Shown here one piece after another: positions 19,339-30,714 of a stretch of DNA of 64,000 nucleotides. The notes under the pieces were generated by a model. The model saw nothing but the letters and a program-made list of their open reading frames with translations, searched no databases and had not been told where the DNA came from. This stretch comes from Syntrophales bacterium (GTDB taxonomy: Bacteria; Desulfobacterota; Syntrophia; Syntrophales; UBA6807), in NCBI GenBank assembly GCA_040767195.1, contig JAXGPA010000001.1:384001-448000 (forward strand), written 5' to 3'. Made by a program: the position numbers and the translations under genes. Each line of letters starts with the position of its first letter. Position 1 is the first letter of the stretch.

Positions 19339-20454
19339 TCATCCTTTCAACACCGAATTTTTTTCTTCGAGAAGCTCGAGGCAGGAAGCCACGATATCCC
19401 GGGCCGCGTTGACGTTTCCCAGTTTCCGGGCGTTCCCGGCCATGTCGGCGACCCTGTCCCGGTCACGGGAAAGGCGCTCGATCATCCCGGCGAGAGTCTC
19501 CCCCGTCAGATCCTTCTGGAGAATCATCTCCCCGGCCCCGCCGCGGACCAGGAGCTCGGCGTTCTTTCTCTGGTGATCCCCTGCCGCATGGGGAAAAGGG
19601 ACGAAAACGGCGGCCTTTCCCCGGGCGGTGATTTCAGCCACCGTCGTGGCCCCGGCCCGGCAGACCAGGAGATCCGCCCGGTCGTATGCAGCCGCCATGT
19701 CCTCTATGAAGGGGTGGACTTCCGCCGCCACATGGACCCTTTCATAGGCTTCCCGAACCACCTGGTCGCCTCCCGGGCCGGTCTGGTGGATGAGATAGAG
19801 CCCCCCTTCCAGGTCCCGGAGGCGGGATGCGGCTTCGACGAAGGCCTCGTTGACGGCCCCGGCTCCCTGGCTCCCTCCGACGACCAGGACGGTAAACCGG
19901 GAATGCCGGGCCGGGGTTTCCGACGGCGCCTCGATGAAGCCTCTCCGAACCGGATTGCCCGTTACGACCGCTTTCCCGGCGGCGAAGAAAGACAGCGTCT
20001 CGGGAAAGGAAACGAAAACCCGTCGGGCCACACGCCCGAGAATCCGGTTCGTCAGGCCCGGCACAGCGTTCTGTTCAGCCACGGCCGTTGGGATCCCCAT
20101 AAGCCGGGCCGCCAGAACCACGGGACCGGAGGCGTAGCCCCCCACCCCGAAAACCAGATGGGGCTCGAATTCCTCGAGGACATCCCGGGAGGCCATGAGG
20201 GCGGCGGGAATTTTCATGAGACCCCCGAGAATACCGAAAGCCCCCTTTCCCCTGAGGCCCGAAACGGGAATGGTCCGAAGGGCGTAACCCAGCCGGCCCA
20301 GGACCCGCGATTCGAGCCCCCGCCTGGTGCCCACGAAAAGAATCTCCGTGCCGGGGTCACGCCGGCGGAATTCGTCCGCCACGGCCACACCGGGAAAGAG
20401 GTGGCCTCCCGTTCCACCGCCGGCGATGATCACCTTGAGAGGGGCCGGCATCAT
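19339..20454 (-). CDS. murG: Lipid II GlcNAc transferase
   Basis: GGGTGGHLFP, GGYASGP, EQNA.PG.TN, TGNPVR, GGSQGA, RAGATT, DHQRKNA. Confidence 0.98.
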   Translation of the reverse strand: MMPAPLKVIIAGGGTGGHLFPGVAVADEFRRRDPGTEILFVGTRRGLESRVLGRLGYALRTIPVSGLRGKGAFGILGGLMKIPAALMASRDVLEEFEPHLVFGVGGYASGPVVLAARLMGIPTAVAEQNAVPGLTNRILGRVARRVFVSFPETLSFFAAGKAVVTGNPVRRGFIEAPSETPARHSRFTVLVVGGSQGAGAVNEAFVEAASRLRDLEGGLYLIHQTGPGGDQVVREAYERVHVAAEVHPFIEDMAAAYDRADLLVCRAGATTVAEITARGKAAVFVPFPHAAGDHQRKNAELLVRGGAGEMILQKDLTGETLAGMIERLSRDRDRVADMAGNARKLGNVNAARDIVASCLELLEEKNSVLKG

Positions 20455-21575
20455 GGCTCACCTCCCTCCTTGTTCGTTTCCCGCTCCCGCTGGGTCAGGG
20501 AAATGTTCATCAGGATGCCCATGACGGCCAGGGAAACGATGAGGGAGGTCCCCCCGTAACTGATGAAAGGCAGCGGAAGTCCCTTCGTCGGAAGAAGCCC
20601 CATGGCGCACCCCATGTTGATGAAGACCTCCAGGGCGATGAGAGCGGTAAGTCCTGAAGCGAGCGTGAAACCGAAGCGGTCTTCCGACCTGGAGGCGATG
20701 ACGAACCCCCGGGTGATGAGGACGAGGAAGAGAACGAGAAGGACGGAGACGCCGACGAGCCCCGTCTCCTCGGCCACGACGGCGAGGATGAAATCCGTGT
20801 GCGGCTCGGGAAGGTAAAACAGTTTCTGGGTGCTGTTGCCGAGTCCGACCCCGAAGAGACCGCCGGAACCGAAGGAGATGAAGGACTGAACGATGTGAAA
20901 GCCCGAGTCCGAGGCATGTTCCCAGGGCTTGAGAAAGGCGAGGAGCCTTTTCAGGCGGTAAGGTTCGAAAACGAGGACATAGGCCGCACCGGGCAGGGCG
21001 AGCAAGAGAAGACCGGCCAGGTGGGTGATCCGGCATCCCGCCAGGTAGAAGAGAAAGAAAGCGATGGCGCAAAGGAGAGCGGATGTGCCGAAATCGGGCT
21101 GTCGAAGGACCAGGAGAACGATGACGGCGAGGAAAGCCAGGGGCACCGGGAAAACCCTTCGGAAATCGCCCATGTGTTCTTCCTTCCGGGACAGGAAGGC
21201 GGCCAGGAAAATCACCAGGAAGACCTTGACGACCTCCGAGACCTGGAAGGCGAAACCACCCAGGCGAAGCCAGCGGGTCGCGCCGCCGGCCCGGACCCCG
21301 AATCCGGGGACGGCGAGAAGAACGAGAAGGGTGATGGCGAGAAAAATCCCCGGATAGGCCAGGTGCCTGAAGCCGGTATAAGGTATCCTGGAAAGAAGAA
21401 CCATGGCGGCGATCCCCACGGCCGCGAACAGCACCTGCTTTCTCACAAAAAAATAACTGTCGCCGAACCGTTCCTGGGCCAGGATGGAACTGGCGCTGTA
21501 GACCATGACTATCCCGCCCGCCGCTAGAAGAAGGGTGACGGTGAAAAGCCAGAGTTCGCCCTGGGGGCCCTTCAT
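20451..21575 (-). CDS. ftsW: SEDS peptidoglycan polymerase FtsW
   Basis: MVYSAS, GATRW, QPDFG, GSGGLFGVGLGNS.QKL.YLPEPHTDFI, PTKGLPLPFISYGG. Confidence 0.97.
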   Translation of the reverse strand: MKGPQGELWLFTVTLLLAAGGIVMVYSASSILAQERFGDSYFFVRKQVLFAAVGIAAMVLLSRIPYTGFRHLAYPGIFLAITLLVLLAVPGFGVRAGGATRWLRLGGFAFQVSEVVKVFLVIFLAAFLSRKEEHMGDFRRVFPVPLAFLAVIVLLVLRQPDFGTSALLCAIAFFLFYLAGCRITHLAGLLLLALPGAAYVLVFEPYRLKRLLAFLKPWEHASDSGFHIVQSFISFGSGGLFGVGLGNSTQKLFYLPEPHTDFILAVVAEETGLVGVSVLLVLFLVLITRGFVIASRSEDRFGFTLASGLTALIALEVFINMGCAMGLLPTKGLPLPFISYGGTSLIVSLAVMGILMNISLTQRERETNKEGGEP

Positions 21576-22951
21576 GGCCCGACCTCCTTTTCGCCCTTTT
21601 CCCCGATGTAAAAGCGGTCTACCAGGGCCTGGAAGTGCCGGCCCCTTTCCCCGTAATCGGCAAAGGCGTCAAAGCTGGCGCATCCCGGCGACAGGAGAAC
21701 CACATCCCCGGCGGTCCCGCTTTTCCAGGCCGTGACGGCGGCTTCCTCGAGAGACGCCGCCTGTCGCGTCTCCACCACGTGGGAAAGCTGTCTGCCGATG
21801 CCTTCCCGGGCCTCCCCGAAGAGGACGAGGAGCTTCACCTTTTCCCGGATGGCGGCGGCCAGTTCACCGAATTCGCCGCCCTTGTCCCGCCCGCCCATGA
21901 GCAGGATCACGGAGGGGGGAAACATGTCCAGGGCCCGGGCCACGGCGCCGGCGTTGGTTCCCTTGGAGTCGTCGTAAAAAGAGATCCCGCCCTTTTCGGC
22001 CACAAACGCCACCCGGTGCGGCATCCCCCGGAACGCCGAAAGGACGGGGAGAATCTCCTCCCGCGTCACGGCGCACCAGCGGGCCGCGAGAAGGGCGGCC
22101 ATGACGTTCTCCAGGTTGTGAAGGCCCTGAAGGGCGATGGCGGACAGGGGATAGGTCTCGCCGTCCCCCGGGCCGCCGACGGTCCGCAGAACCGGGCCGT
22201 CCACGTAGAGACCTTCCGTCACGGGCTTCCTCGAGGAGAACAGCCGGACCGCCGGTTTCAGCTTTTTTTTCAGGATCGACGTTCCCGGATCGTCCCCGTT
22301 CAGAACGGCCAGGTCCTCTTTCTCCTGGTTCTCGAAGATCCTTTCCTTCACCGCCCGGTAGGCCGCCAGCGTCCCGTGGTAATCCAGGTGATCCGGGGTC
22401 ACGTTGAGGAGCAGGGCGACATGGGGGTGGAAGGTCTCGACCCACTGAAGTTGGAAGCTGCTCACCTCGACGACGAGAAAGGCCTCGTCCCCGGGGTGCC
22501 GGGCGTATTCCACGAGAGGCGTCCCGATGTTCCCGCCGACGAAAGCCTTCCGCCCCCCTCCGGCGAGAAGCTCGCCGAGGAGCCCCGTGGTCGTCGTCTT
22601 GCCGTTGGTTCCCGTAATGGCAACGATGGGCTTTTGAATGAATCGGGAGGCGATTTCCAGCTCGCTTCGAATGGGAATGCCCTTTCCCGACCCTTCAACG
22701 AGGAGGGGGTGGAAAGGCGGCACGCCGGGGGAGGGCACGATGAGATCCACGGCGCCCGGGAGAAGGGGCCGATCGAGGAAACGAAGGCTGTCGAAACCGG
22801 TGCCGGCAAAGGCGAACCGGGCGTCCCGGCGCCCTCTTTCCCCGTCGTCCCAGAGAAAAACACGGGCCCCGCGGGACAGGAGGAAGTTGACGGAGGCCTG
22901 GCCCGTCTTCCCGTATCCGATGACGAGCACGCTTTGATCCTTCAGGTCCAT
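21572..22951 (-). CDS. murD: UDP-MurNAc-L-Ala--D-glutamate ligase
   Basis: SPGVP, TGTNGKTTTT, GGNIG, EVSSFQL, PDHLD, DDSKGTN, LLSPGCASFD. Confidence 0.98.
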   Translation of the reverse strand: MDLKDQSVLVIGYGKTGQASVNFLLSRGARVFLWDDGERGRRDARFAFAGTGFDSLRFLDRPLLPGAVDLIVPSPGVPPFHPLLVEGSGKGIPIRSELEIASRFIQKPIVAITGTNGKTTTTGLLGELLAGGGRKAFVGGNIGTPLVEYARHPGDEAFLVVEVSSFQLQWVETFHPHVALLLNVTPDHLDYHGTLAAYRAVKERIFENQEKEDLAVLNGDDPGTSILKKKLKPAVRLFSSRKPVTEGLYVDGPVLRTVGGPGDGETYPLSAIALQGLHNLENVMAALLAARWCAVTREEILPVLSAFRGMPHRVAFVAEKGGISFYDDSKGTNAGAVARALDMFPPSVILLMGGRDKGGEFGELAAAIREKVKLLVLFGEAREGIGRQLSHVVETRQAASLEEAAVTAWKSGTAGDVVLLSPGCASFDAFADYGERGRHFQALVDRFYIGEKGEKEVGP

Positions 22952-22958
22952 GATCCCC

Positions 22959-24038
22959 CTACCTCAGTTTCAGGGTGCTGATGGCGATGAGGGCCAGGAT
23001 GATGGAAATGATCCAGAACCGGACGATCACCTTCGGTTCCGGCCAGCCTTTCAGCTCGAAGTGGTGGTGGATGGGCGCCATCCGGAAGATCCTTCTTCCA
23101 TTGGACATCTTGAACCACCCCACCTGGAAGATGACCGACACGGTCTCGACGACGAAAATCCCCCCCACGATGGCCAGGAGGATCTCCTGCTTCGTCATGA
23201 CGGCGAGGGTTCCCAGGCTCCCTCCCAGGGCGAGGGACCCCACGTCTCCCATGAAAATCTGGGCCGGGTAGGTGTTGTACCAGAGGAACCCGATGCCGGC
23301 ACCCACCATGGCGCCGCAGAACACGGTGAGCTCTCCCGTCCCGGGCACGTAAGGGATCTGAAGGTACCCGGATATCCTGAAATTCCCGGCGAAATAAGCG
23401 AAAAGCAGATAGGTGACGAAACAGATGGTGGCGGGGCCGACAGCCAGGCCGTCAAGCCCGTCGGTCAGGTTCACCGCATTGGCCGCCCCCACGATGACGA
23501 AGGCGGCGAACAGCGCGTATCCCCACTGAAGATCGGGAAGAATGGTCTTGAAAAAGGGAACGGCCACGGTGGTGGGGAATCCGGGCTTGACGCAAAGGAT
23601 GACGGCGATGACGAGGGCGATGAGAAACTCGCAGGCCAGCCGGAGTTTTCCCGGGACTCCGCGGCTCGTGCCCCCACGCAGCTTCCCGAAGTCGTCCACG
23701 AACCCCACGATCCCGAACCCGACGAGAGCCGCCAGGATGAGCCACACATAGACCACGTCGAGGCGGGCCCACAGAAAGGTGGCGACAAAGGCGGACAGAA
23801 TGATGATGACGCCCCCCATGGTCGGGGTGCCTTTCTTGGAAAGGTGGGAACCCGGGCCGTCCTCGCGGATGGGTTGGCCTATCTTCAGGGTCTGGAGCTT
23901 CTCGATGAACCAGGGTATGAGGACGAAACACAGGACCAGGGCGGTGATGGTGGCGTAGATCGTCCGGAAAGTGATGTACCGGAAGACGTTGAAACTCGAT
24001 ATGACATCGCTGAGCGGATAAAGGAGATGATAGATCAC
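22959..24038 (-). CDS. mraY: Phospho-MurNAc-pentapeptide transferase
   Basis: [40 protein letters not shown] 24038 overlaps the murF stop. Confidence 0.98.
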   Translation of the reverse strand: MIYHLLYPLSDVISSFNVFRYITFRTIYATITALVLCFVLIPWFIEKLQTLKIGQPIREDGPGSHLSKKGTPTMGGVIIILSAFVATFLWARLDVVYVWLILAALVGFGIVGFVDDFGKLRGGTSRGVPGKLRLACEFLIALVIAVILCVKPGFPTTVAVPFFKTILPDLQWGYALFAAFVIVGAANAVNLTDGLDGLAVGPATICFVTYLLFAYFAGNFRISGYLQIPYVPGTGELTVFCGAMVGAGIGFLWYNTYPAQIFMGDVGSLALGGSLGTLAVMTKQEILLAIVGGIFVVETVSVIFQVGWFKMSNGRRIFRMAPIHHHFELKGWPEPKVIVRFWIISIILALIAISTLKLR

Positions 24039-25492
24039 GCCTGTTCGCCCACCCTTTCCCGTTCCTCTTCCCGGGGCCTTCCGAAGGCCGACCGGAGAGC
24101 CTCGCAAAAGGACTCCATCCGCATTCCCCGGGAACCTTTCACCAGGATCCAGTCCCCCTTCCGAAGCCGTCCCCGGAAAAAAGACACCGCCTCCGCCGGT
24201 TCCGTCACGAACACCACCTTTTCCCGACCTGTCCCCGCCTCTTCGGCCCCGGCGGCCGTCCACTCCGCCAGGGTTCCCGCGAGAAGCAGGCTTTCCACGC
24301 CCAGTTTCCCGATTTCCCGGCCCGCTTCCCGGTGGAGGGTTCCCGCTTCTTCCCCCAGTTCGAGCATGTCCCCGAGGAGCAGGTAAAGTCTCCCGCCGCC
24401 CCGGACATCCTCGAGGGCCGCCAGGGCCGCCCGGAGGGAATCGGGATTGGCGTTGTAGGTGTCGTCCACCAGGAAGGCCCCGCCGGCGAGTCCCGAAACG
24501 GTCAGCCTTCCCGGAACGGGCCGCGCCTCTCCCAGGCCTTCAAGAATCTCCCGAGGGTCCAGCCCGGCGGCCCGGCACGCCGCAGCCGCGGCCAGGGCGT
24601 TGCCCACATTGGACCGTCCGAAAAAGGGCAGAAACAGGGACCCCCGGAAAGAACCGACACGGAGGGTGAACCGGGTGCCCCCGGTGCTGTCGATAACCAT
24701 GTCTTCCGCCCCCACATCCGCCTGCCCGTGGACGCCGAAGGTAATCCTTTTCCCGCCCCATGGCGCGGCGGCCTTCAGGATACGGGCGTCGTCCTCGTTG
24801 ACCACGATCGTTCCGGCGGGGTCCATCCCCCGGAAAAGAGACCCCTTCTCTTCCGCCACGCGATCCAGGGTCCCGAATCCTTCCAGGTGGGCCCGGCCGA
24901 TAGTGGTGATGACCCCGACGGTGGGCCGGGCGATTTCCGCAAGCCGTCCGATTTCGCCCATCCGGTTCGTCCCCATCTCGATGACGGCGGCTTCGTGGTC
25001 TTCCCGGATCCCGAAGAGCGCCTTGGGAACCCCCACGAGGTTGTTCCAGTTCCCCGGGCTTACCAGGGACTTCCGGCCCCGGGAGAGGACCGCCCCGATC
25101 ATGTCCTTGGTTGTCGTCTTTCCCGAGCTTCCCGTCACGGCAATGACGGGAAGCTCGAAATGGTCCCGCCAGTGTCGGGCCAGGTCTCCCAAGGCCCGGA
25201 GCGTGTCCGCCACGGCGACGACAAAAAGATCTTCACCGCCGCAGGCGGCCCCGGCAAGTCGTGTTCCCGCCTTAACCACGAAACCGGCCGCCTTTTTTTC
25301 CGCCGCCTTTGCCAGAAAATCATGGCCGTCGAACCGGTCGCCCCGAAGGGCCACGAAGAGATTTCCCGCCTCGACGGTCCGGGAATCGGTGGAGACGCCG
25401 AAGGCCCGGGCGTCCGTTTTCCCCGCCTCCAGGGATCCGACGGTGGCCCGGACGATTTCGCCGACGGAGAAGGCAGGCCGGGTCCCCCTCAT
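24035..25492 (-). CDS. murF: UDP-MurNAc-tripeptide--D-Ala-D-Ala ligase
   Basis: [46 protein letters not shown]. Confidence 0.97.
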   Translation of the reverse strand: MRGTRPAFSVGEIVRATVGSLEAGKTDARAFGVSTDSRTVEAGNLFVALRGDRFDGHDFLAKAAEKKAAGFVVKAGTRLAGAACGGEDLFVVAVADTLRALGDLARHWRDHFELPVIAVTGSSGKTTTKDMIGAVLSRGRKSLVSPGNWNNLVGVPKALFGIREDHEAAVIEMGTNRMGEIGRLAEIARPTVGVITTIGRAHLEGFGTLDRVAEEKGSLFRGMDPAGTIVVNEDDARILKAAAPWGGKRITFGVHGQADVGAEDMVIDSTGGTRFTLRVGSFRGSLFLPFFGRSNVGNALAAAAACRAAGLDPREILEGLGEARPVPGRLTVSGLAGGAFLVDDTYNANPDSLRAALAALEDVRGGGRLYLLLGDMLELGEEAGTLHREAGREIGKLGVESLLLAGTLAEWTAAGAEEAGTGREKVVFVTEPAEAVSFFRGRLRKGDWILVKGSRGMRMESFCEALRSAFGRPREEERERVGEQA

Positions 25493-27018
25493 CCCGACGC
25501 CCTCCTTCGGCTCCTCTCGTCCAGGGCCCCGCGGGCCACCTGCCGGTCGTCGAAAGGGCATTTCTCCGTTCCGATGATCTGGTAATCCTCGTGGCCTTTT
25601 CCCGCGATGAGCACGATGTCCCCCGTCCCGGCGAAGGCCACCGCCCGGCGGATCGCTTCCCGGCGGTCCGGGAGAACGACGTAGCCCTGCCCGCCGTAGC
25701 GGTCTTCAAAGTCTTCAGGTTTGTATTTCTTCAGGGAAGTTCCCCGAAGGCCCGCCTCGATCTGGTCGATGATCTCGAGGGGGTCTTCCGTTCGCGGGTT
25801 GTCCGACGTGACGACGGCGAGATCGCTCATCTCCCCGGCGGCCCGTCCCATGAGAGGCCGCTTCGTCCTGTCCCGGTCACCGCCGCAGCCGAAGACGGTG
25901 ATGACCCTTCCTTCCCGGAAGGCCGACAGGGTCTCGAGGACCTTCCGGAGGGCGTCTTCCTTGTGGGCGTAGTCGACGAAGACCACCGGTTCCCCGGGAC
26001 GGCTGACTTTTTCGAGACGCCCGGGGACGGCCGCCAGGGCGGCGATCCCCTCCTGAATCCGCGGCGGGTCGATATCCACGGCAAGGGCCGCCGCCGTGGC
26101 CGCCAGGATATTGTAGAGGTTGAATTTTCCCGTCAGGGGGCTCGTTACGGGGAAAACCCCCGCCGGTGTCTCGAGGCGGGCGTCGATCCCCTCGAGAGCG
26201 AGATTCCAGGACAGGGGCCGGATCGTCGCATCCGGCGCCGTCCCGAAAACGGTCACGCCATCGCCGAATTCCTCGATAAACCGCCTTCCCCAGGGATCGT
26301 CTCCGTTTATGATTTTCCGCGTCCTGTCTCCCTCGAGGATTTCCTTGAAAAAACGTCGTTTGCTTTCGTAATAGGCCTCCATGGTCCGGTGAAAGTCGAG
26401 GTGATCCTGGGACAGGTTCGTAAACACCCCGGCGGTGAAACGGCAGTCGTGAACCCGGTACAGATCCAGAGCGTGGGAGGAGACTTCCATGACGCCGTGG
26501 GTGACCCCGGCGGCCGCCATCTCCCGGAGAAGCCTCTGGAGGTCCGTCGATTCGGGGGTCGTGTTGGGGGCCGGGACCGTTTTTCCGCCGTAGCGGTAAT
26601 TGACCGTCCCGATGACCGCCGCGGCGTGCCCCGCCGACCGCAGAATGGACTCGACGAGGTAGGTCACAGTGGTTTTCCCGCTTGTTCCCGTCACGCCGAT
26701 GAGGCGGATTTCCCGGGAAGGGTTCCCGAAAAAATTGGCGCTCATTCTCGCCAGGGCCCGACGGCTGTCGGCGACCCGAACGGCCGTCACGGCACGCGGG
26801 ACGTCAACCTCCCTTTCGGAAACGACAAAGGCCGCTCCTTTCTCCACGGCCTGACGGACGAACCGGTGGCCGTCCGCCCTGAGCCCCCGGACGGCGGTGA
26901 AAAGGGCGCCGGGACGGCAGGCCCTGGAATCGTAGCACACATCCGCCACAGTGGTCCGGCCGCCGTGACGGATGGACACGATCTCAACGCCTTTCAGGAC
27001 CTTGTCTAACGTTTCCAT
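25489..27018 (-). CDS. murE: UDP-MurNAc-dipeptide--meso-DAP ligase
   Basis: TGTSGKTT, NTTPES, MEVSSHAL, DHLDFH, DYAH, GCGGDRD, DNPR (meso-DAP type), AGKGHE. Confidence 0.98.
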   Translation of the reverse strand: METLDKVLKGVEIVSIRHGGRTTVADVCYDSRACRPGALFTAVRGLRADGHRFVRQAVEKGAAFVVSEREVDVPRAVTAVRVADSRRALARMSANFFGNPSREIRLIGVTGTSGKTTVTYLVESILRSAGHAAAVIGTVNYRYGGKTVPAPNTTPESTDLQRLLREMAAAGVTHGVMEVSSHALDLYRVHDCRFTAGVFTNLSQDHLDFHRTMEAYYESKRRFFKEILEGDRTRKIINGDDPWGRRFIEEFGDGVTVFGTAPDATIRPLSWNLALEGIDARLETPAGVFPVTSPLTGKFNLYNILAATAAALAVDIDPPRIQEGIAALAAVPGRLEKVSRPGEPVVFVDYAHKEDALRKVLETLSAFREGRVITVFGCGGDRDRTKRPLMGRAAGEMSDLAVVTSDNPRTEDPLEIIDQIEAGLRGTSLKKYKPEDFEDRYGGQGYVVLPDRREAIRRAVAFAGTGDIVLIAGKGHEDYQIIGTEKCPFDDRQVARGALDERSRRRASG

Positions 27019-29003
27019 GATTCTCCAGCCCGTTGTTCTCCCGGGTCAAACCAGACCCGGCACAACGGTTCGCCGTCCAGGGGCGTTCCCGCGCCGGGGT
27101 CCTGCCGGACCGCCCAGCCGCTTCCCGCAAGGCGGGTTTCGATACCTCTTTCCGCCGCGATTTTCAAGACCTCCGACAGGGTCTTTCCCCTGAAATCGGG
27201 GTACGCCGAGACGGGGTGTTCGGCGGTCATGGAAAAAATGGTCCCCGAGGAAATTTTACGAATCTCCTCCTCTTTCCCCCGGGGACCGGCGACCACGGCA
27301 CCGACGGGCTCATCGAACCCGCGGATGATCTGTTCACTCACTTTCCGGAAAAGCGGGGCGGCGGCCTGTCCGCCCCACCGCCGTGTCTCCGGCTCGTCGA
27401 GCATGACATAAACCACCATCCGGGGACGGTCGGCGGGAAAGAACCCGATGAAGGAGGCCCGGACCTTCCTCGGGGAGTACTGTCCCGTTTCCCTGTCCAG
27501 CTTCTGGGACGTGCCCGTCTTTCCCGCCACGGCCACGTCGGCGATCCGGGCGTTCCTTCCCGTTCCGTCTTGTGCCTCAACCACATTTCTCAGGTAACCG
27601 GTCATCCGCCAGGCCGCCTGCGGGGACAGAACTCTCCGGACCACCTCGGGCTCGAATTCCCTGATCACGGCCCCGGAATCATCAACGATCCCCCGGACGA
27701 TTCGGGGTTTCACAAGAACACCGTCATTGGCGATGGCCGCCATGGCCGTCACGAGCTGGACAGCCGTCACCGATATACCCTGTCCGAATCCGATGGTGGC
27801 GAGATCCACGGTGGTCCAGCGGTCCGGGTCCCGGAGAATCCCGGAGGCCTCCCCGGGCAGGTCGATCCCTGTTTTCTGCCCGAACCCGAAATTCCGGATC
27901 CACCGGTGAAATTTTTCCGCCCCCAGCCGGTCGGCGATCTTCGCGCACCCGATATTGCTTGAATACTTCAGGATCTCCGCCGGCGTCAGGATCTCGTAAC
28001 GCTTCCCCAGGGCCTCGTGGATGGTTTTCCGCCCCACCGTGTAAAGGCCTTTCTCGCAATCGATTTCCTCGTTTTCGCTGATCACGCCTTCCTCGAAAGC
28101 AGCGGCCATGAGAAAGGGCTTGAATGTCGACCCCGGGTCGAAACTGTCCAGGACGCCCCTGTTTTTTCGGATCTCCCGGTCATAGGCCGTAAAAACATTG
28201 GGATTGAAGGCCGGTGCGTTTGCCATGGCCAGGATTTCACCGGTCCCCGGATCCATGACGATGACGAGGCCTCCCCGGGCGCCCGTTTCAGCGACGGCCT
28301 CCTGGAGACGTTCTTCCACGGCATGCTGGATTCGGCTGTCGATGGTCAGGATGAGATTGCACGAGGGCGAGGGATCCTCATTTTCCTCGGTCATATCCTG
28401 ATAGAACCGCTGCCCCTTGGCGTCCCTCCCCCAGACGACCCTCCGGGGGGGGCGGGTGAGGATGCCGTCGTAAAAGAGTTCCAGGCCCTCGAGCCCTTTC
28501 GAGTCGTACCCCACGCACCCCAGGAGATGGGCGGCCAGTGACCGGTTGGTATAGAATCGCTTGGGTTCCTTGACGAGAAAGACCCCGTCCAGGTCGAGCG
28601 ACCGGACACGATCGGCCTGCTCCGGCGAGATCATGCGCCTGATCCAGGAGAAACGGCGTCCCTGGGACAGTTTTTCCCGAACCGTTTTTCGAGGCAGATC
28701 CAGGGCGGCGGAAAGGCAGGCCGCCGTTTCTTCCCTTTTATCGATCCTGGAGGGGTCGGCCCACAGGGAATCCACCAGGAGGCTCGCCGCCAGCACCGTC
28801 CCATTCCGGTCGAGGATCTGCCCCCGCTCAGGCTGAAGGGTCAGGACGGTGGTGTGCTGTCTCGCCGCGAGATCCTTCAGGGACCGGGCGGAAAAAAACT
28901 GGATCTGGACAGCCCGGGAGAGGAGGGCCACATAGAGGACGAAAAAGAACCCGAGGAGGAGCCAGCCTCTCGTCCGGATCCGCTTTTTCTCTTCTTTCTT
29001 CAT
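27006..29003 (-). CDS. ftsI: Class B penicillin-binding protein with C-terminal PASTA domain
   Basis: RGQILDRNG, STFK (SxxK), SSN (SxN), KTG; PASTA-like PDFRGKTL...GSGWAVRQDP. Confidence 0.96.
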   Translation of the reverse strand: MKKEEKKRIRTRGWLLLGFFFVLYVALLSRAVQIQFFSARSLKDLAARQHTTVLTLQPERGQILDRNGTVLAASLLVDSLWADPSRIDKREETAACLSAALDLPRKTVREKLSQGRRFSWIRRMISPEQADRVRSLDLDGVFLVKEPKRFYTNRSLAAHLLGCVGYDSKGLEGLELFYDGILTRPPRRVVWGRDAKGQRFYQDMTEENEDPSPSCNLILTIDSRIQHAVEERLQEAVAETGARGGLVIVMDPGTGEILAMANAPAFNPNVFTAYDREIRKNRGVLDSFDPGSTFKPFLMAAAFEEGVISENEEIDCEKGLYTVGRKTIHEALGKRYEILTPAEILKYSSNIGCAKIADRLGAEKFHRWIRNFGFGQKTGIDLPGEASGILRDPDRWTTVDLATIGFGQGISVTAVQLVTAMAAIANDGVLVKPRIVRGIVDDSGAVIREFEPEVVRRVLSPQAAWRMTGYLRNVVEAQDGTGRNARIADVAVAGKTGTSQKLDRETGQYSPRKVRASFIGFFPADRPRMVVYVMLDEPETRRWGGQAAAPLFRKVSEQIIRGFDEPVGAVVAGPRGKEEEIRKISSGTIFSMTAEHPVSAYPDFRGKTLSEVLKIAAERGIETRLAGSGWAVRQDPGAGTPLDGEPLCRVWFDPGEQRAGESWKR

Positions 29004-29311
29004 TTCATGAAAATGATCTGGCCTTTCGCCGGATAGTCCATGTTCAGCCGTTCCCGGGCAAGGGCCTCGATCCGCCCCGCCGACCGGAGGGTGGCCCGTT
29101 CCACCTTGAGCCTCTTGTTCTCTTCCAGGAGATGCTCCCGGCGCTTCAGTTCCTCGGCGATGTCATAGCTGATCTGCTTCATGTTAATCTGAAGGCCCAC
29201 CTGAAGGATCAGCGCGGCAACGAGAAGAACGGAGAAAAAAAGAAGGGCCCGGAAGCCCTCCGGGGGCCTCTTTTCTCCCCTTGCGCGCCCCTTGTCCCCT
29301 CTTTCCGCCAT
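29000..29311 (-). CDS. ftsL: Cell division protein FtsL
   Basis: One TM plus coiled coil, RIEALARERLNM; lies between rsmH and ftsI. Confidence 0.88.
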   Translation of the reverse strand: MAERGDKGRARGEKRPPEGFRALLFFSVLLVAALILQVGLQINMKQISYDIAEELKRREHLLEENKRLKVERATLRSAGRIEALARERLNMDYPAKGQIIFMK

Positions 29312-29315
29312 GGCC

Positions 29316-30254
29316 TCAGCACCTTTCCAGGACCCGGAGACGGGCGCTCCGGGCCCGGGGGTTCGCCTGAATCTCCCTTTCCCCGGGAAACACGGGTCGC
29401 CGGGTGAGGACGATGCCCATTCTCTTTCTTCCGCAGACACAGCGGGGGAAATCGGGAGGACACACACAGGGGTTTTCCAGCCTGCGGAAGGTTCCCTTGA
29501 CCAGCCGGTCTTCCAGGGAGTGAAAGGAGATGACGAGAAAACGGCCTCCCTGGTTCAGAAGATGGATTCCATCGTCGAGAGCCCTCTGAAGGCTCTCCAG
29601 TTCCCGGTTCACGGCGATCCGCAGGGCCTGAAAGGTCTTCGTGGCGGGGTGTGTCCTCCCGCCTCTTCGGCGGGGTGAAACGGCCCCGGCGACGATGTCC
29701 GCCAGGTCGGCCGTCGTCTCGATGGGGGCCTGCTCCCGCCGTGCAGCGATGGCCCGCGCGATGGCGGACGCTTCCTTCTCTTCCCCGTACGCCCTGAGAA
29801 GTTTTTTGAGTGCCTTCACGTCCAGTTCCCGGATAAGATCGACAGCCCTTTCTCCCTCCCCCGGGGCCATGCGCATGTCCAGGGGGCCGTTCCCTGAAAA
29901 ACCGAACCCCCGGTCGGGCGTGTCGAGCTGGTGAGACGAGACGCCTAAATCGAGAAGGATGCTGTCCACATTCCCGACGCCCTGCCGGGAAAGAATATCG
30001 GCGATCCGTGAAAAATTTCCCTGGACCAGGACAACCCGGCTTTCATAATCCCGAAGACTGCGACGCGACGCCTGAAGCGCGTCCTCATCCAGGTCGATTC
30101 CGATGAGCCGGTTCCCCGGGCCTGTCGCTTCCAGAATCCGCCGGGCATGGCCCCCTCCCCCGACCGTCCCGTCCACGTGTATCGCCTTTTCCTTCCGGGG
30201 CAGGTACGCGAGAACCTCTTCCACGAGAACGGGCTCATGAAAGAACGCCCCCAT
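29316..30254 (-). CDS. rsmH: 16S rRNA m4C1402 methyltransferase
   Basis: HEPVL, DGTVGGGGH, DLGVSSHQLD, PLDMRM, FQALRIAVN, ISFHSLEDR, NPRARSA. Confidence 0.97.
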   Translation of the reverse strand: MGAFFHEPVLVEEVLAYLPRKEKAIHVDGTVGGGGHARRILEATGPGNRLIGIDLDEDALQASRRSLRDYESRVVLVQGNFSRIADILSRQGVGNVDSILLDLGVSSHQLDTPDRGFGFSGNGPLDMRMAPGEGERAVDLIRELDVKALKKLLRAYGEEKEASAIARAIAARREQAPIETTADLADIVAGAVSPRRRGGRTHPATKTFQALRIAVNRELESLQRALDDGIHLLNQGGRFLVISFHSLEDRLVKGTFRRLENPCVCPPDFPRCVCGRKRMGIVLTRRPVFPGEREIQANPRARSARLRVLERC

Positions 30255-30703
30255 CAGATCCCCAGGCGCCTGGCGATTTCGTCGCTCGACTGATCGACCT
30301 TCATGGCCGTCTGGCTCAGGTTCCCCTCGAAAAGGTCCCGGTTCCAGATCTCGATGGTCCGCACCATGCCGGCAAGGACGATGTCCTTTTCCAGGCGGCC
30401 GTGCTTTCGGAGTTCCGGCGGGACAAGAAGCCGCCACTGGGCGTCAAAGGAACAGTCCACCGCCCCGGAGATGAAATACCGTTGGAACTCCCGGGTCTGG
30501 AGATCCACCAGGGAGTGGGACGCCGTCTTCTCCTCGATGTCCTTCCAGACCTCCAGGGGAACCAGGAGGACATACTCCCCCCAGTTCGTCAGAACCACCT
30601 TTCGCCCGTATTTCTCCCGAAACAGTTCGCGGAGCTTGGAAGGAAAGGTGATCCGGCCCTTTTCATCGATGGTGTGATAGTAACGCCCCCGGAAAGCAGA
30701 CAC
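30254..30703 (-). CDS. mraZ: Division/cell-wall cluster repressor MraZ
   Basis: FRG.Y.HTIDEKGR and D.Q.R..VP repeats, IEIW; GTG at 30703 with GGAGGG RBS. Confidence 0.95.
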   Translation of the reverse strand: MSAFRGRYYHTIDEKGRITFPSKLRELFREKYGRKVVLTNWGEYVLLVPLEVWKDIEEKTASHSLVDLQTREFQRYFISGAVDCSFDAQWRLLVPPELRKHGRLEKDIVLAGMVRTIEIWNRDLFEGNLSQTAMKVDQSSDEIARRLGI

Positions 30704-30714
30704 GGGATTCCCCT